From Raja brachyura (Eukaryota): DNA of 64,000 bases. The stretch lies in the NCBI GenBank assembly GCA_963514005.1, contig OY740785.1:21080001-21144000 (forward strand). The letters run 5' to 3'. Made by a program: the position numbers and the translations under genes. Under the pieces are notes generated by a model. The model searched no databases, had not been told where the DNA came from, and was given only the letters and a program-made list of their open reading frames with translations. This document shows, piece by piece, positions 1 to 13,068 of the stretch (its first letter is position 1; every line of letters begins with the position of its first letter).

Positions 1-2400
1 CTGTTGTTGGCTTATTAATTATCCTCATCCCTGCTCTGAAATGTCCTGAGACGGATCAGTTCTATTGTCTTCTCCTATTCCCAATTTACAAGCCGCCATT
101 CTTAGGGTGGACAGCAAAACAATATCTTTACTTACTTTTCTTTTAGTGAAGAATATCTTCCACATCTCAATTAACTCATTTGCTTCTTCACTATTCCCAT
201 GTTTTTTTAACGATTGTCTCTATATAGTTTATCCCGGTTAAAGACTTTATTGCCCCCAACGGCCAAAGTTGGTCTTTTAAAATCGCATTTAATTTCCCTG
301 ATAATCCCAGTCTCAGTCCATCCGCTTCATTTGGAAGCTCCCCGCAAATGATCCTATCGGGCTCTCCAATCTGTTTGATCGATCCTTCTCGGAGACATTC
401 CCCATCTTGGAACAATGGACAAAACATAAATTGTAAAATAAAAGTTCCAGACACTAACAGACAAGGTCAATGGAATCTCTCCCACGTAATGGTCAACGAT
501 CTTTCCTTCACACTTACTCTTGCAATCGCTTCCTTTCAACTATCACTCTATCAATTATTCAAACCACTCGCTCCTATTCAGTCTCTCTCCCAACTCTCTT
601 ATCTGTTAAATCACAATCACTGCGTTCAATTCCAAACTTTCAAACAAAGGATCTAACTCCCACTCGCAGTCTCTCAAGCAGCAATCTCTCTCTCACTTAA
701 TGAACTTTAAGTTTGCACAGACAGACAAACCCAAACGACGCTAACAGAACTATAATTTAGAACGAAAATATTCCCCGATTATCAATAACCAAAAACACAC
801 CCCAATATAAACTATAAATATTTAGTAAATCCCACTCTGATTAATCTACCTCATGGTGCGATCAATCAGCGGGATGACTCCTCCCCCGACGCAGCGATCG
901 AAGGAGTACAACCCCTGGTCGAACCACCCCGATTCAGATGCTTACAAACAATCTTAAACAAATACGAATATCTAACTTAAACACACTCTCTCTTCAAGTT
1001 TTAAATCTGTAAACACTCGCACAAACAGCAATACAAATGACGGTCCGCGGACTTAATACGACCTAAATCTTAACTTTTAACTACTCTTAATTTATTTACA
1101 TACATAGAATATTTACAAAATCCGAATCCTATGACAATACAGAAAGCTAGATTTTTACAATTTACAAAATGATTTAAAGCACTAGCGCACAATTCACAAA
1201 CACTCGATCTCGACCTGGCGTCATGCTGTTATCACGCCATGAACCTCTCCCTCCAATACCGTAGATTTTCCCCTTCCTAGTTTACTCTTTGCTGAGGGGT
1301 ACTATTCCTTAAATGATTACTTTTCTTCCCGAACGTTACTATCCCTCTGCTAAGACTGGACTTCTATAGGGGAACCTCTATCTCTCCTCTCTCAGTTCGA
1401 CAGAATTAGGGGTACCCTTTGCTATTCGGATTATTTTTTGTCAAGTAGGGAGGCTCCCATCTTTCAGGTGCTCTTCGCTATCAGGTAATAGTCAACAATC
1501 GACCAGAGGGTAACTATTCAGTGTTGATCAGCCACTATTCAGAATTGATCACGGACATGCACCAACTTCAAAGTTCTATATACAGGAATTTAGAATTCCA
1601 CCTTACGCAGAACTTCAATATGAAATCCAGTATTTGAAAAGTTAGCTGCAAATATAGACGCAGACTCGAACTCGATGTCCTAATTTTTAGTGCGCATCTC
1701 TCTTACTAGGCGGGTTCTCGAATCAGCTAAAATTGCCCAATTAAATTCTTGAACAAACTGGGGTATTCCGGCCAAACTATACCAAGTTTATCCAAGCTCG
1801 GTACCTTCTTGAGGCTCTCCGTCTGTCACTTCAGGGAGAGACTCCGATACGTACACACAGATACACCCTTCTGCTAAGTACCGAGGATCCAGCGCCTAGC
1901 CACTTCGCGCTGTGAATTATCGATGCCGTTTTTCGAAGCGCGCCTTTTCAATTCGCGCTCCCGGCAGTGATCCGATTGAAGGCGAGACCTGTCTTTTAAT
2001 ACTTCACCAATCGGATACCAAGTCTAACCCTGGGCCACTCCTTGTCCGGTGAAGCTCGCTTGGCTCTCTTTAAAGGCAGCTGCAGTCTGCCCAACTACGA
2101 CCAGTTTTGGGCCTCTGATGCAGGAAAAGGCCTCTAACCCAACTCCACCAGGGCCTCTAAACCCAGCCTGGTTTTATGGGCCTCCAACCCAAAAGCGTGC
2201 TAACCACTCCCCCATGCTTGCTAGACTTTTCTAATGATCTCAATTAGACCCTTTCCCAAGCCCACAAATGATCGATTCCCTCCGACTTGCAAAGTGCCAA
2301 AATTCAATGCGAAAACTGCACCGTGGGCCCGATTTCTGCACTCGCGATCGAACCAGCTCAACACCCTTGATCGCAAACTTGTGTTTTGGAGTCTTTTGAG

Positions 2401-2418
2401 ATCCCGGATGAGCCCCCA
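2401..2418 (-). promoter_or_regulatory. Retroviral primer-binding site, tRNA-Pro
   Basis: 18-mer TGGGGGCTCATCCGGGAT one base after the LTR-terminal CA. Confidence 0.85.
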
Positions 2419-2419
2419 A

Positions 2420-3163
2420 TGATAATTGCATGTTTCTAAGCTTCCCCCCAGTCTAGTTTCAGTAAAAACACTGAATCAAGCACTTGAAACAACTAAATTT
2501 TATTATAACAAAATTGCGTCACAGATCAAACACTGGTTTTGATCCTTTTCAAGCCCTCTATGCCCAGCTCAGGCAGAGGTACTCCAGAAATTCATGGAGT
2601 CCTGAGTGCTCTTCCAGAAGATCGAAGCTGAGCCTCGTGATCGCAGACTTTTATATATCCCGGGACCTCGAGGGGCCGAACCACATGGGGGTGGTCTCTC
2701 AATAACCCAATTACAGATATCGATTAACCTCATACATAACAGGTATTCCCCTAACCCAATGATACAACAGCACAATACATTGTATTCAAAACGGACTTCA
2801 AGATGGAGTCAACTTGGAAACATTTACCCTGATTTACAGAAAACCCAGAAAAGGCTCAACACCTCATCCAATCAACACTTGGCAAAGTCAGACTCTGCAA
2901 CATTATTTACAACTATTTACAAGGTGTGTGTCTGGTTTGCAGCCATCCAATCCATTCTATGCATTTTGCACCTAATTGACACAGTTTACAGATCTCCCAT
3001 TCTTTGCTTGCAAATTGTATCAAAGCTCCAGACTCCCTGGCACCTCACTGCAGCTTGTCCTAGCTCTGCAGAGAGTAATTCCAATTTGACCAAATCTCCC
3101 AGCAACCCTGAAACTTGACCCAATTTTGAAGTCCTAGCTGCTCCAATTTAGTCAGGATTAACA
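2420..3163 (-). repeat. ERV 5' LTR (~744 bp)
   Basis: Minus strand starts TGTTAA and ends TTATCA. TATA-like ATATATAAAA at ~2649-2658, AATAAA at ~2499-2504, PBS directly adjacent. Confidence 0.75.
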
Positions 3164-5005
3164 ATACTAAAGTTGGTGATATATTGAACAGTGAAGAAAA
3201 TTATCTATGACTACAACTAGATGTTGACCAATTGTGCCAATGGGCCGAGGAATGACAGGTGGAGTTTAATTCAGATATATGCAAGATGTTGCATTTTGGT
3301 AGACAAACCTGGGCAGGACACATTGTAGGGCCCTGTGAAGTATTGTAGGCAGAGAGACCTAATTGTGCTATTAAATACTCACGAACGGTGGTGACACAGG
3401 TGCACAGGGTGGTGAAGAAGGCATGTGGCATGCATGGCTTCATTAAACACTATACTGAGTATAGGAATTGGGACATCATGTTGCAGGTGTACAAGATGTT
3501 GGTCAGGTGAGTTTTGATTGGCCTGCTATAGGAATGATGCTATTAAACTGGAAATAGTGCAACAATGTTTCCTGGTCTGAAGTTTCCTGGTTTAAGTTTT
3601 TGAGTTATAAGAAGATGGATAGACTTTTTTTTCCCCGCTGGACCATAGGAAGAGGAGGGGTGACTTTTTAGAGGTATATAAAATCATGAGGGACATAGAT
3701 ATGATGAATTGTCGCAGAATATTCCCCAGGGTTGAGCTAAGGACTCACACCCCAAGATTCCTCAGTGCTCTTGTCATCTACATCAGTGCATCATGGCAAT
3801 TTGAGTGGGAAATCGTGTTTCACAAATCTGATAATGAGTTTTTTAAGTAGGCCACCAAGATGATTATTGAGGCAGGACAGTGGGCATTGTCGATACGGAC
3901 ATCAGCAAGACCTTTAACAAAGTCCCGCATGGTAGGCTAGTCTGGAAGGTTAGATTGCATGAAATTCAATGTGAGCTAGCCAAATGGATTCAAAATTGGC
4001 TTGAAAGAAGGAATCAAAGGGTATTTGCGGAGGGTTCATTTTTAATAGTCCTGTGACCAGTGATGTGCCACAAACATTGGTGCTGGGTCCATTGCTGTTT
4101 TTATCTAAATTAATGCGTTGGGTGACATTGTGGTTAACATTGTTAGTAAATTAACAGATGAACCAAAATTTGCGGTAAAGTAGCCTGTGAGGAGGGTTAT
4201 CTAAGTTTAAAATAGGACATAGAACATTTGGGAAGGTGGGCCAAGAAATGCCAAATTGAATATATCGCTGACAAGTGTAAGATGTTGCACTTTAGTAAGT
4301 CAATCCAGAGCAGGACTTGCACAGTAAGTGAGCCTTGGAGATTGTGACAGACTGGAGATATTGCAAAACAGGTGCATGGACTTCCCCAAAGCTGTCGAAA
4401 GAGGGGTTGAGAAGATATTTTATACAATTGCTTTAAATGGGGGCAAAAGTTGGAACATCTTAATGCAACTGTACAAGTTATTGGTTGGACCACCCTTGGA
4501 GTACTGTGTGTAGTCCTGGTCACCCAACTATGGGAAGAATGTCATTAAATTGGAAAGCATGCAGAAGAGATTTACCAGAATGTTACCTGGGCTTGCAGGC
4601 TTGAGTTATAGGGAGAGGTGGGATAGTCTGGGATTTATTCCCCTCAGAGCACAGGAGGCTATGGGATGATCTTTTGAGATGTACAAGGTCATGAGGGGTG
4701 TGGATAAAATGAACGCTCCAAGTGTCTTTGCTAGAGTAGAAGGTTATAAAACTAGAGGGCAAAGGCTTATGGTGAGAGGAGAGAGATTTAAGAGTGACCT
4801 CAGGAGCCACTTTTTCACTCGGGGTAGTCCGTCTTTGGAATGAGCTGCTGAGGAAGCGATAGATGCAGATACAATTACGACTTAAAAAAACATTTGGACA
4901 GATATATGAATAGGAAGGATTTTAAGGGTGTTCGGCCAATTGTGGACAAATGGGATTAGTCCAGTATGCCAATTTGATCGGCATGGACAAGGTGGGCCGA
5001 AGGAC
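3164..5005 (+). mobile_element. Two degraded CR1-clade (HER1-like) LINE ORF2 3' fragments
   Basis: Remnant RT and C-terminal motifs (CKMLHF, LYKLLVGPPLEYCV, GLSYGER) with many stops and a CR1-type 3' UTR. Confidence 0.8.
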
Positions 5006-6794
5006 CATTATATCAGTCGTCTTCAGAGAAGAAGACATTGTTAGTGCCTTAGCAAAGGGAGATGTTATTGTGATTCAGGTTGGTTAAAATTGATAGAGGA
5101 ATTGACAATACTAGAAAGGTCACTTCTTTATTTGGTCAGAACACAAGGACATAACAAACAGGAGTGTGATTCTAGCCCTTGCTGCTCTGTCATTTAGTAA
5201 GATATTCTACCTCAAACATTATTTTCTTTCTCTATACCCATATCCCTGATTTCTCTAATATCTAGAAACGTGTCTATCTGTTTAGAATGACTGAGAATTC
5301 TGAAGATTAACCATCTTTTGACTAAAGAAATGTCTCCTTATTTCATTCATAGATGGTTTACTCCAAATTACTTGCACTTTCAGGCTGATGAATGGTTATC
5401 AACCTGACAAGTTCATTCTTTTTCTCCCTCCACAAATGATATTGTGCTCATTGAGTGTTTTTATTTCAGATATCCAGCTTATGTGATACATTGCTTTGGC
5501 ATTTAGAATCTGTTAATCAGAGATGGAGAAAGAGAAACGGTCAGAGAGGAGAGCATGTGTGCCTGAAACTCTACCATGTTGGGGAATCTAGCAGTTAAGA
5601 AGATAATGTTTTAATGTTTTATTATTATTAATGTTTAGTGTTTTCTGAGTGATTCGTAACTGTCACTGTATGTCATGTTGTTACTTGTGGGCGGGGCACC
5701 AAGGCAAATTCCTTGTATGTGAATACTTGGCCAATAAACATACTTACTTACTTAATTGCCGCTGAAAATTCAACAAAAAGGCCAGTATTATGAAGATCCT
5801 GTGGAGTGACTGGCTGTGATTCAGAACACTCCAGACATTAATATTTCAGCACTAGGCTGGCAACTAGTGGTTGAAACTCACAGATAACAGTTGCAGATCC
5901 ATAGGACATCATTAAATAAAGATCAGCAATTAGCTGAGCCAAGTAACATGGAGTTACCACAGTATCATGCCGACCTTCAAATGTAGGTTTTTGGATGTGA
6001 GAGCAATCAAGGAATGTGGTGTTAGTGCAGGAGAATGAGAGTGTGGAATGCAAATCGGCCATAATCTTATGAATGGGCGGACTGGGGCAGAACTGCTTCC
6101 CTGATATAATTCTATTCTTTGTTGTGTGAAACTGAACTAAAGGTCCAGAGGAGGAATTCAGTGGATAATTGCTGTCCACAAATTTGACCCTGAGGCTGGT
6201 AGAATGTTGTGAAAATCCATTTAAGTGGCTGTGTAAATCTGTGTGTAGATTACAGCTTTGTTAATGGCTGTGTAGTTTCTCAAGTGATCAACTAAATCAA
6301 TAAATTAAAGGACAGTTCTGAGTCTAGCTTTATAAATATGTACCACGTAGTGTTTATTTATGTTAGTGTGTATATCACACTTTTTTGATTTTCAGGATAA
6401 ATTCAATCTGGCTAGTCATGCAGTAGTCCACTCTGAATCATCGGTAAAGCAAGGGAATCTGTCACCGATTGTGCATTCAGGTAGCACTTACACACTAATA
6501 ACCTGCTCACTGAAACTAGGTTTGGGTTTCACCAGGACCTCTTTGCAGCCTGCGTCCAAACATGAACAAAACAGCTGAATTCTAGAGCTGAGGTGAAAGT
6601 GACTCTCCTTCGCATCAAGGTAGCATTTAATCAACTGTACCATCAAGGAGTCCTGATGGCTGGATACTTTTAAATTAATTTGGGAGATCAATTGCCTCAG
6701 CAATAGGAGTTCCTCAAGGGAACAATCATCTTCAGCTGCTGTCTCCACCTCTTCTTCGTTTCTTCTCCCCCCCCCCCCCCCCCCCACCGCCACA

Positions 6795-6930
6795 TCAGTC
6801 TGAAGAAGGGTCTTGACTCGAAACGTCACCTATTCCTTCGCTCCATAGATGCTTCCTCACCCGCTGAGTTTCTACAGCATTTTTGTCTACCTTCGATTTT
6901 CCAGCATCTGCACTTCTTTCTTAAACAACA
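6795..6930 (+). repeat. Penelope-derived terminal repeat with minimal hammerhead ribozyme core
   Basis: CTGAAGA-A-GGGTC(TT)GACTC-GAAAC-GTC at 6800-6827. The same repeat recurs about 10 times in the window. Confidence 0.65.
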
Positions 6931-7526
6931 CATCTTCAGCTGCTCCATCAACAACTTGCTTTCAAGAATAGAATATAGAACAGTACAGCAAAGGATCAGA
7001 CCCAACTGCCCACCATATCTGTGCAAAACATGATGGCAAATTAAATGTACCCCATCTGCCTGCACAGATCCACATCCATCCATCCGTGAATGTTCAAATG
7101 TCTGTCCAAATGCCCCCCAAAACACTACTATCGTATGTACTTACACCAATAACACCCCCCCCCCCCCCCCCACATCCCCGGTCCCCACTCACCTTAAAGC
7201 TATCTTGTGTTTGACATTTCTATCTTGGGAAAAAAGTCTCTATCTATGCCTCTCATAATTGTTTTAAACTTCTATCACTTTCCCCTTAACCTCCGACACG
7301 CAGAGAAAAAAAAATCCAAGTTTGTCCAATCTATCCATACAGCTAGTATTCCCTAATAGCTAATACTCCATCAGTAAGGCACAACTTAAAAGTGTAATAG
7401 AACATTCTCTGCTTGTTTGCATGACAGCACCAACAAATGTATGTCTGTGTGTGTACGCGTGCCTATCTCTATTTATGCATTGTAATGGGAATGCAGAATG
7501 AGGATTTTAATTTTGCTGCATTTCAG

Positions 7527-7595
7527 ATAATTGCATTTGATGAACTGCGAAAGGATCTCAGGAATCCTGTAGACCAGTGCAACCCACTCCACGCA
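7527..7595 (+). CDS. cnih3: Cornichon homolog 3, coding exon 2
   Basis: tttcag|...|gtgagt; 69 nt; [23 protein letters not shown] matches CNIH3 [23 protein letters not shown]. Confidence 0.93.
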
Positions 7596-8329
7596 GTGAG
7601 TACAGCTCAGACTCCCTGTATTACAAAATAGATGTTTAATTTCGGCTGTATTCCCTCGACGGAGAGAGGAATTTGTTTTCAAGCACGAGAACGGATCAGT
7701 TTGCCTGTTGGTTTCTGCTCTTTAAACAAATTATTGTTTCTGTCACTGTTGGTTCAGCTTCTCCCCACTTTCAGTCCCTGTCCCCTCAGCAACCCCCCCC
7801 CCCCCCATCCCCTCAGTCTCCCTCTGCTAAGCCTCACCCTCACCTTTTCCTCACCCCTAGGCACTCTCGACTAACACTGTCCTAGTTTCTCTCCCTTCAA
7901 ACCTTCCCCAGCCACTCCCTCACAGCCTCCTCCGCAGAGCCCCTCTTCTCCCCTCAGCCCATCTCCCCCAACTCTTCCCCTCAACCCCTCCTATCAGCCC
8001 CTTCCCCTTCGGGCCCCTCGCCCGGTGTCTCTCCCCTCAGCATCCCCCAGTCTCTTCCCTACAGCCCTTTCATCACAGCTCTTTCCCTCCAACCCCTCAG
8101 TCCCTCTTCCCTCAGCTCCTCTCACCCAGGACATGTCCCTCTCCTCCCAAACCCTCAGCTACTCTCCTCTGTCTAACTCGATTCAACCGCCAGACCCTTT
8201 CTCTGAAGCCCCTGAAGAATAATTAGGCCATCCCCCATTTCCCCACGGAGATCCTGCTCGAGGAAACCATTTGACTGTGTTGAATGTCAGGAGATTAATA
8301 TGTTATTTACTCTTTTTTACATTTCCCAG

Positions 8330-8377
8330 CGAGAGAGGTTGAGAAATATCGAGCGGATCTGCTACTTACTGAGAAGA
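8330..8377 (+). CDS. cnih3: Cornichon homolog 3, coding exon 3
   Basis: ttcccag|...|gtaagt; 48 nt; RERLRNIERICYLLRR, the segment found in CNIH2/3 but not CNIH1/4. Confidence 0.93.
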
Positions 8378-9619
8378 GTAAGTGACTTGGTGACTGAGAT
8401 ATTTTGGGGCCCCATGTCTCTATGGAGTGTTAGGATTTTGTGTTACGCGGTGTGTTGGAAGAGAATGTGAGACATGTATCTTAAATCAAGGTATTATCAA
8501 CATCATTGTGCTGAGGACTTTTATCTAACTTTCACTCTCCCAGCCTTGCATTGTGCAGTGTGACCTATATTATGTCTCCAATAATCCACCCACAAACCGC
8601 TCAGTAGCATCCAGTTCTATAGCTTTTGACCAGAAGCAGGAAACCCAGCTGATTTGTCTCCCAAATCTGCTGCTGAAGCAATGTGGAGCAATTCCAAAAC
8701 TCCCCTGGACTGAGAAAGATAATTGGATGCAGGCCAAGAATTCAGGCCAGCGTATCTTAGAACTACATGAGATGATGTAGAATAATGGAGTCATAGAATA
8801 GTCATTAGGTCCATGCTAGCTCCTATTAGAGCAATCCTGTGGCCCCATTGCCTCACTCTCTCCCAGAACTGTGTACATTATTCCCCTCAGGTGCCCATCC
8901 AATTCCCATTTGGCTCTGATTTATTCTGCTACAATCAGTGAGTTCCTGATGGTCACCTCACATCATCCTCAATATTTTGCCCTAAGGTTTACACCTGGTC
9001 CTTGACTAACCCTAATTAAAAACAGCTCCCCTCCACCCTATCTAAATCAGACATGGCCTTGTATACCTCTGCCAAATGCATTCTCAACTTTCTTTGCTCG
9101 AAGGAGTCTCAGTAGTCCCCAGTTCTACACCACAGCTTAAACTCCTCATTTGTTGATGTGTTCCAGGAAATCTTTTCTGCTGCTGCCTAGATCCTTCACA
9201 TCCTCCCCAAAGTGTGGCAATGAAAGTATACACAAATTCAATTTGTGAAGCGACTAGCGGTTTATATTTCTTCCTGCTATTCTCCTTTGAATTGTAATGT
9301 TACAGAAATTGCAGTTGCCATACTATCACGCTCTACCACAAGGATCTGATTATACTATCCGGGTCTTAAGAAGGGTCTCCACTTGAAACATTATCTATTC
9401 CTTTCTCCAGAGATGCTGCCTGACCCGCTGAGTTACTCCAGCATTTTGTGTTTATCTTCGATCTGATTATATCACCTGATGACCCCACTTCCCAGAAGGG
9501 CACTAGCAGTCCTGCTCTCAGGGTCTCTGGTCTCCCTCTAAGCTGCTCCTGAGGTATCCAGTCTCCCTCTGGGCTAAATCCGTTTCACTAGCTCACCCTA
9601 CCAGCCTCTGCTTCCAATG

Positions 9620-10130
9620 CTCATTCTCAGATGTTTCACCACCTTCAATGTGATCCCACCATCAGTCCCATCACTACCTCTTTTCGACTTCCGTTGAAAC
9701 CATTCCCTCAGCCACTTCTTGGTTCACTCATCCCTTCCCACCAAACCCCCACCCATCACCCCCCCCCCCCCTCTCCCCAGGTACTATCCCCGGCCACCAC
9801 AAGAAATGTAACACCAGTCCTTATATCTATTTCTTCCTTCACCTCAATACAGGAACCCCAGAAACCATTTTACGTGAGATAGAGGTTCACAGGCACCTCT
9901 TCAAACCTCATCTTCTGCATTTGGTGCTCCTGATGTATCCCTCTTTACAACGGATAGAACAAGTGAAGATGACACTTCTACTCTCTCTGCCAAGACCTGC
10001 TGGATCTGCCGGTTGCTAGACATTTTAACTCTCCTTCCCATTCCCATATTGACCTTTCTGTCCTGGGCCTCCTCCGTTGCCAGGTGAGGCTACACACAGA
10101 CTGGAGGAACAGCACCTCATATTCCGATTG
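9620..10130 (+). mobile_element. Penelope-like element GIY-YIG endonuclease fragment (degraded), with terminal repeat at ~10495-10600
   Basis: Remnant SIQEPQKPFYVRxRFTGTSSNLIFCIWCS ... EEQHLIFRLG. Confidence 0.7.
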
Positions 10131-10749
10131 GGAATATTCCCCCTACTCCGCTCTCTCTTCCCTGTGCTTCCCCCCACTCCAGTGTGCACTGATTTCTTCC
10201 ACTATCGCCTATCCTCCAGTTAACCTGCTTCTATTCCCTCCTTCGTTCACTCATCTTCCAACCCCAAGTCCTTCATTTCTCTTTCATCTGCCCTCTTTCA
10301 CCTATATCCCTCACTCTGGCTTTACATATCGTTCTTCTTCTCTCCTCATCTGATGGCCTTCATCTCCTTTTCACCTCCAGCCTTTGTCACTTACTCCATG
10401 CATCTGAAAATTAAAACCTGTTTACCTTTGTCCACTGAGCACTTGCCAGGCGTTGTCCTGCCTCCACCCCCCTATTCTTGCTTTCTTCCCCCTATGCCTA
10501 TCAGTCTGAAGAAGGATAACAACTTGAAACATGTCCGTTTCCCCCACAGTTGCTGCCTGACCAACTGAGTCCCTCCAGCACTTTGTGTTTTGCTTCCTTC
10601 AGATTCTCATTCTAAAAGAAAACAACGTAGCTGAACCACTTAGTCTTCATAGCCACAATTTCCCAGTCCTGGTAACTTCTTTTAAAATTTCCAGTACATC
10701 CATACCTTCCCTGTGGCCAGAGCCATAGGCACTACTCAACCTGCAGTCT

Positions 10750-11070
10750 AGGCACTGTGGTACTATAGTACTGGAAATGGAAAACCACTGTCTAACAGGA
10801 CTGAGACCCTCGTTCAGTCCTGACCTCAGGTGCAGTATGTGTGGAGTTTGCATGTTCTCTATGTTACCACGGGAGCTTCCTCCCACTTTTCAAGAATTTA
10901 TAGATTGTAAATTACCCCAAATATAGTGGAAACTTTTTGGGAGAATTTGGGGGGGGGGATTGATGAGATTATGGGGAGAGTAAAAGGTGGGATTAATGTT
11001 AGAGTTGTGTAAATAGGTGCGTGATGGTCAGGAAAGACTGGATGGACTGAAAGGCCTACATCTTTCTATG
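10750..11070 (+). mobile_element. Degraded HE1-like V-SINE
   Basis: Core GTGTGGAGTTTGCATGTTCTC similar to the 13070 copy. Confidence 0.55.
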
Positions 11071-11224
11071 ACTCGAAAAACAATGAGAGCTAGAAATAAG
11101 AGTGAGAGACATGGGAGGGGTACAAACATGGAAAATGAAAGTAAAAGTGAAAAAGTCAGGAGCAAAAGGAAACCTATTGTTCTTGACCTTGTGGTGTTAA
11201 TGCCTGTTATATTTCTAAACATAG

Positions 11225-11337
11225 CTGGTGCTCCCAGAATATTCTATTCATGGCTTGTTCTGTATCATGTTCCTGTGCGCACAAGAATGGCTGACATTGG
11301 GTCTCAATATACCCCTGCTCTTCTACAATCTTTGGAG
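11225..11337 (+). CDS. cnih3: Cornichon homolog 3, coding exon 4
   Basis: catag|...|gtaaga; 113 nt; [37 protein letters not shown](R). The AQEWLT motif is CNIH3-type. Confidence 0.95.
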
Positions 11338-11424
11338 GTAAGATGAAATAGATTTTTAACCAAAGGTGGGGTGAGAGCGGGAAAAAGGTTTTGAGGAAAG
11401 TTGGATCAAACATCGCAAGTCTTA

Positions 11425-12014
11425 TGGGCCTGTCCCACTTAGGCGATTTTTTCAGCGACTGCCGGCGACTATCATAGTCGTAGCAGGTCGCCGAAGACCC
11501 GGCGACTGGATCCCCCTACGACAATGTCTACGACAATGTCTACAACAACCTTCCACTTAGTCAACGTCAAGCTACGGCAAACTACCGACAACCGGCTACC
11601 CATTAGGACGTTCACCTACGACCACACCTATGACAATCTACGTCCACTCCCGACAACCTACGACAAGGTACGACCCTGTCGGCGACAACTGAAAACAACT
11701 GAAGGTAATTCAGTTGCCGGTACCTGTCACCGATTGTTGTAGGTTGACGTAGGTAGTCACCAATGGAATTTACTGAAGTCAGCACCGGCGACAATCTACA
11801 TTGCCTGGTGACAACCTACGCCATCCTGGCGACAACCTACGACACGCCAACTGTCGTCTAAAAGTTTTGAACATTTCAAAATCCGGCGGCGACCAGAAAA
11901 ACGCTACGATTCTTTGGGCGACTGGGGAGACCATATAGGTGGCACCCCAGCGACCATGTGGCGACAGCCTTGTCGCCTGTAGTCGCCTAAAAAATCGCCT
12001 GTGGGACAGGGGCA
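11425..12014. mobile_element. PIF/Harbinger-type MITE with internal CGACAA-like short repeats
   Basis: Imperfect TIRs TGGGCCTGTCCCACTTAGGCGATTTTT / AAAAAATCGCCT..GTGGGACAGGGGCA, flanked by TTA and TAA. Same terminal motif as the 59241 element. Confidence 0.7.
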
Positions 12015-13068
12015 TAATTTATTGGGAAAACAAGGTCTCGAGCTGAACAGCCAACTTCTATTTCTATTTCTTCTATTTGTTACAGATTTGGAGATAAATA
12101 TATCACACCCACCCACCACCTTGATAGATGTAAATAACCAATTAATTAATCTTTAATCGATAAACTGATTTGTTAAATAAACTAAATAGTGCATTATTGA
12201 AACGTAAGCTAACCTAAGTCCTGCAAAAGAGGAATGGTTCAGAGAAGGGAATGGTTGTAAATTTGAAGGTAAATGACCATACCAAAGAACAAAGCAGCAG
12301 CTTGGATAATAATAAGCAGATGGAGTCAGGAAGGCACAAGCCATGTTATAATAATAGAACGTCAATAAAGAAAGTCAATACAAGGAAAAATAATTAAGCT
12401 GAAAAGGTAAAACATTGAATTTGAATGTATAAAGCTTCTGTAAATCAAATAAGAGACCAATGGTAAAAAATGTAACAAATGGGTTTGATCTATTGCTGTT
12501 GTGGTTGCATGGTAACCAAGGTTGAGAATTAAATATTGCAGTATCCTTGATGTTTAGAAAGAGCAGACAAAATGGAAAAGCAGCAAAGGATGGGTAATGG
12601 TGGTGAAATGTGTGATGACAAAGGATTACATATGAGTGCAAGTAAACAATGACTTTAGCTCGTTTGCACAGAAGTCATAATTAATAGTGGTGGAGATGAG
12701 AGATATCAAGAGACAAGAAACACTGGTTAGAGTAGTTCACAGAGCTGCAGAAACATCAATTGAGAGATAAATATTCATAAGAAGATTATACAACAATAAC
12801 GTCATAACCCCAGGAGAACTTAATCTTTATGTGAACTAGGAAAAAAAAAGATGATGGGGGATGCGTTGATAGAACATATTTGGGATCGTTTTCTGGTACA
12901 TATCATGGGACAACTATGAAAGTGGCTTTTGATGACCTTAGCTTATGAAATGAGAAACCAAAGGTCCAATTTTAAACTAACGAACATCATAGCCAAGAAA
13001 ACTCTGGAGATATCAATGGGACTAAAATCCAGAAGAATCCCTGTGACCCACGGGTTTACACCTTCACA

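Larger units (their letters stand above)
1..3163 (-). mobile_element. Endogenous retrovirus, 5' portion (LTR, PBS, long leader, degraded gag start), gamma/epsilon-like; continues beyond window start
   Basis: Minus-strand PBS TGGGGGCTCATCCGGGAT at 2401-2418 is one base from the MLV tRNA-Pro PBS. It follows an LTR with TG..CA termini (3163 to 2420). Broken matrix-like frame near 450-100 (KLNAILKDQLWPLG...). CR1 sequence begins at 3164. Confidence 0.8.

Noticed and set aside
2606-3118. 170-aa ORF
   Set aside because: Antisense to the ERV U3, no recognisable motif; probably chance.
1-7526. cnih3 coding exon 1 (MAFTFAAFCYML...)
   Set aside because: No matching sequence found by eye; presumably upstream of the window.
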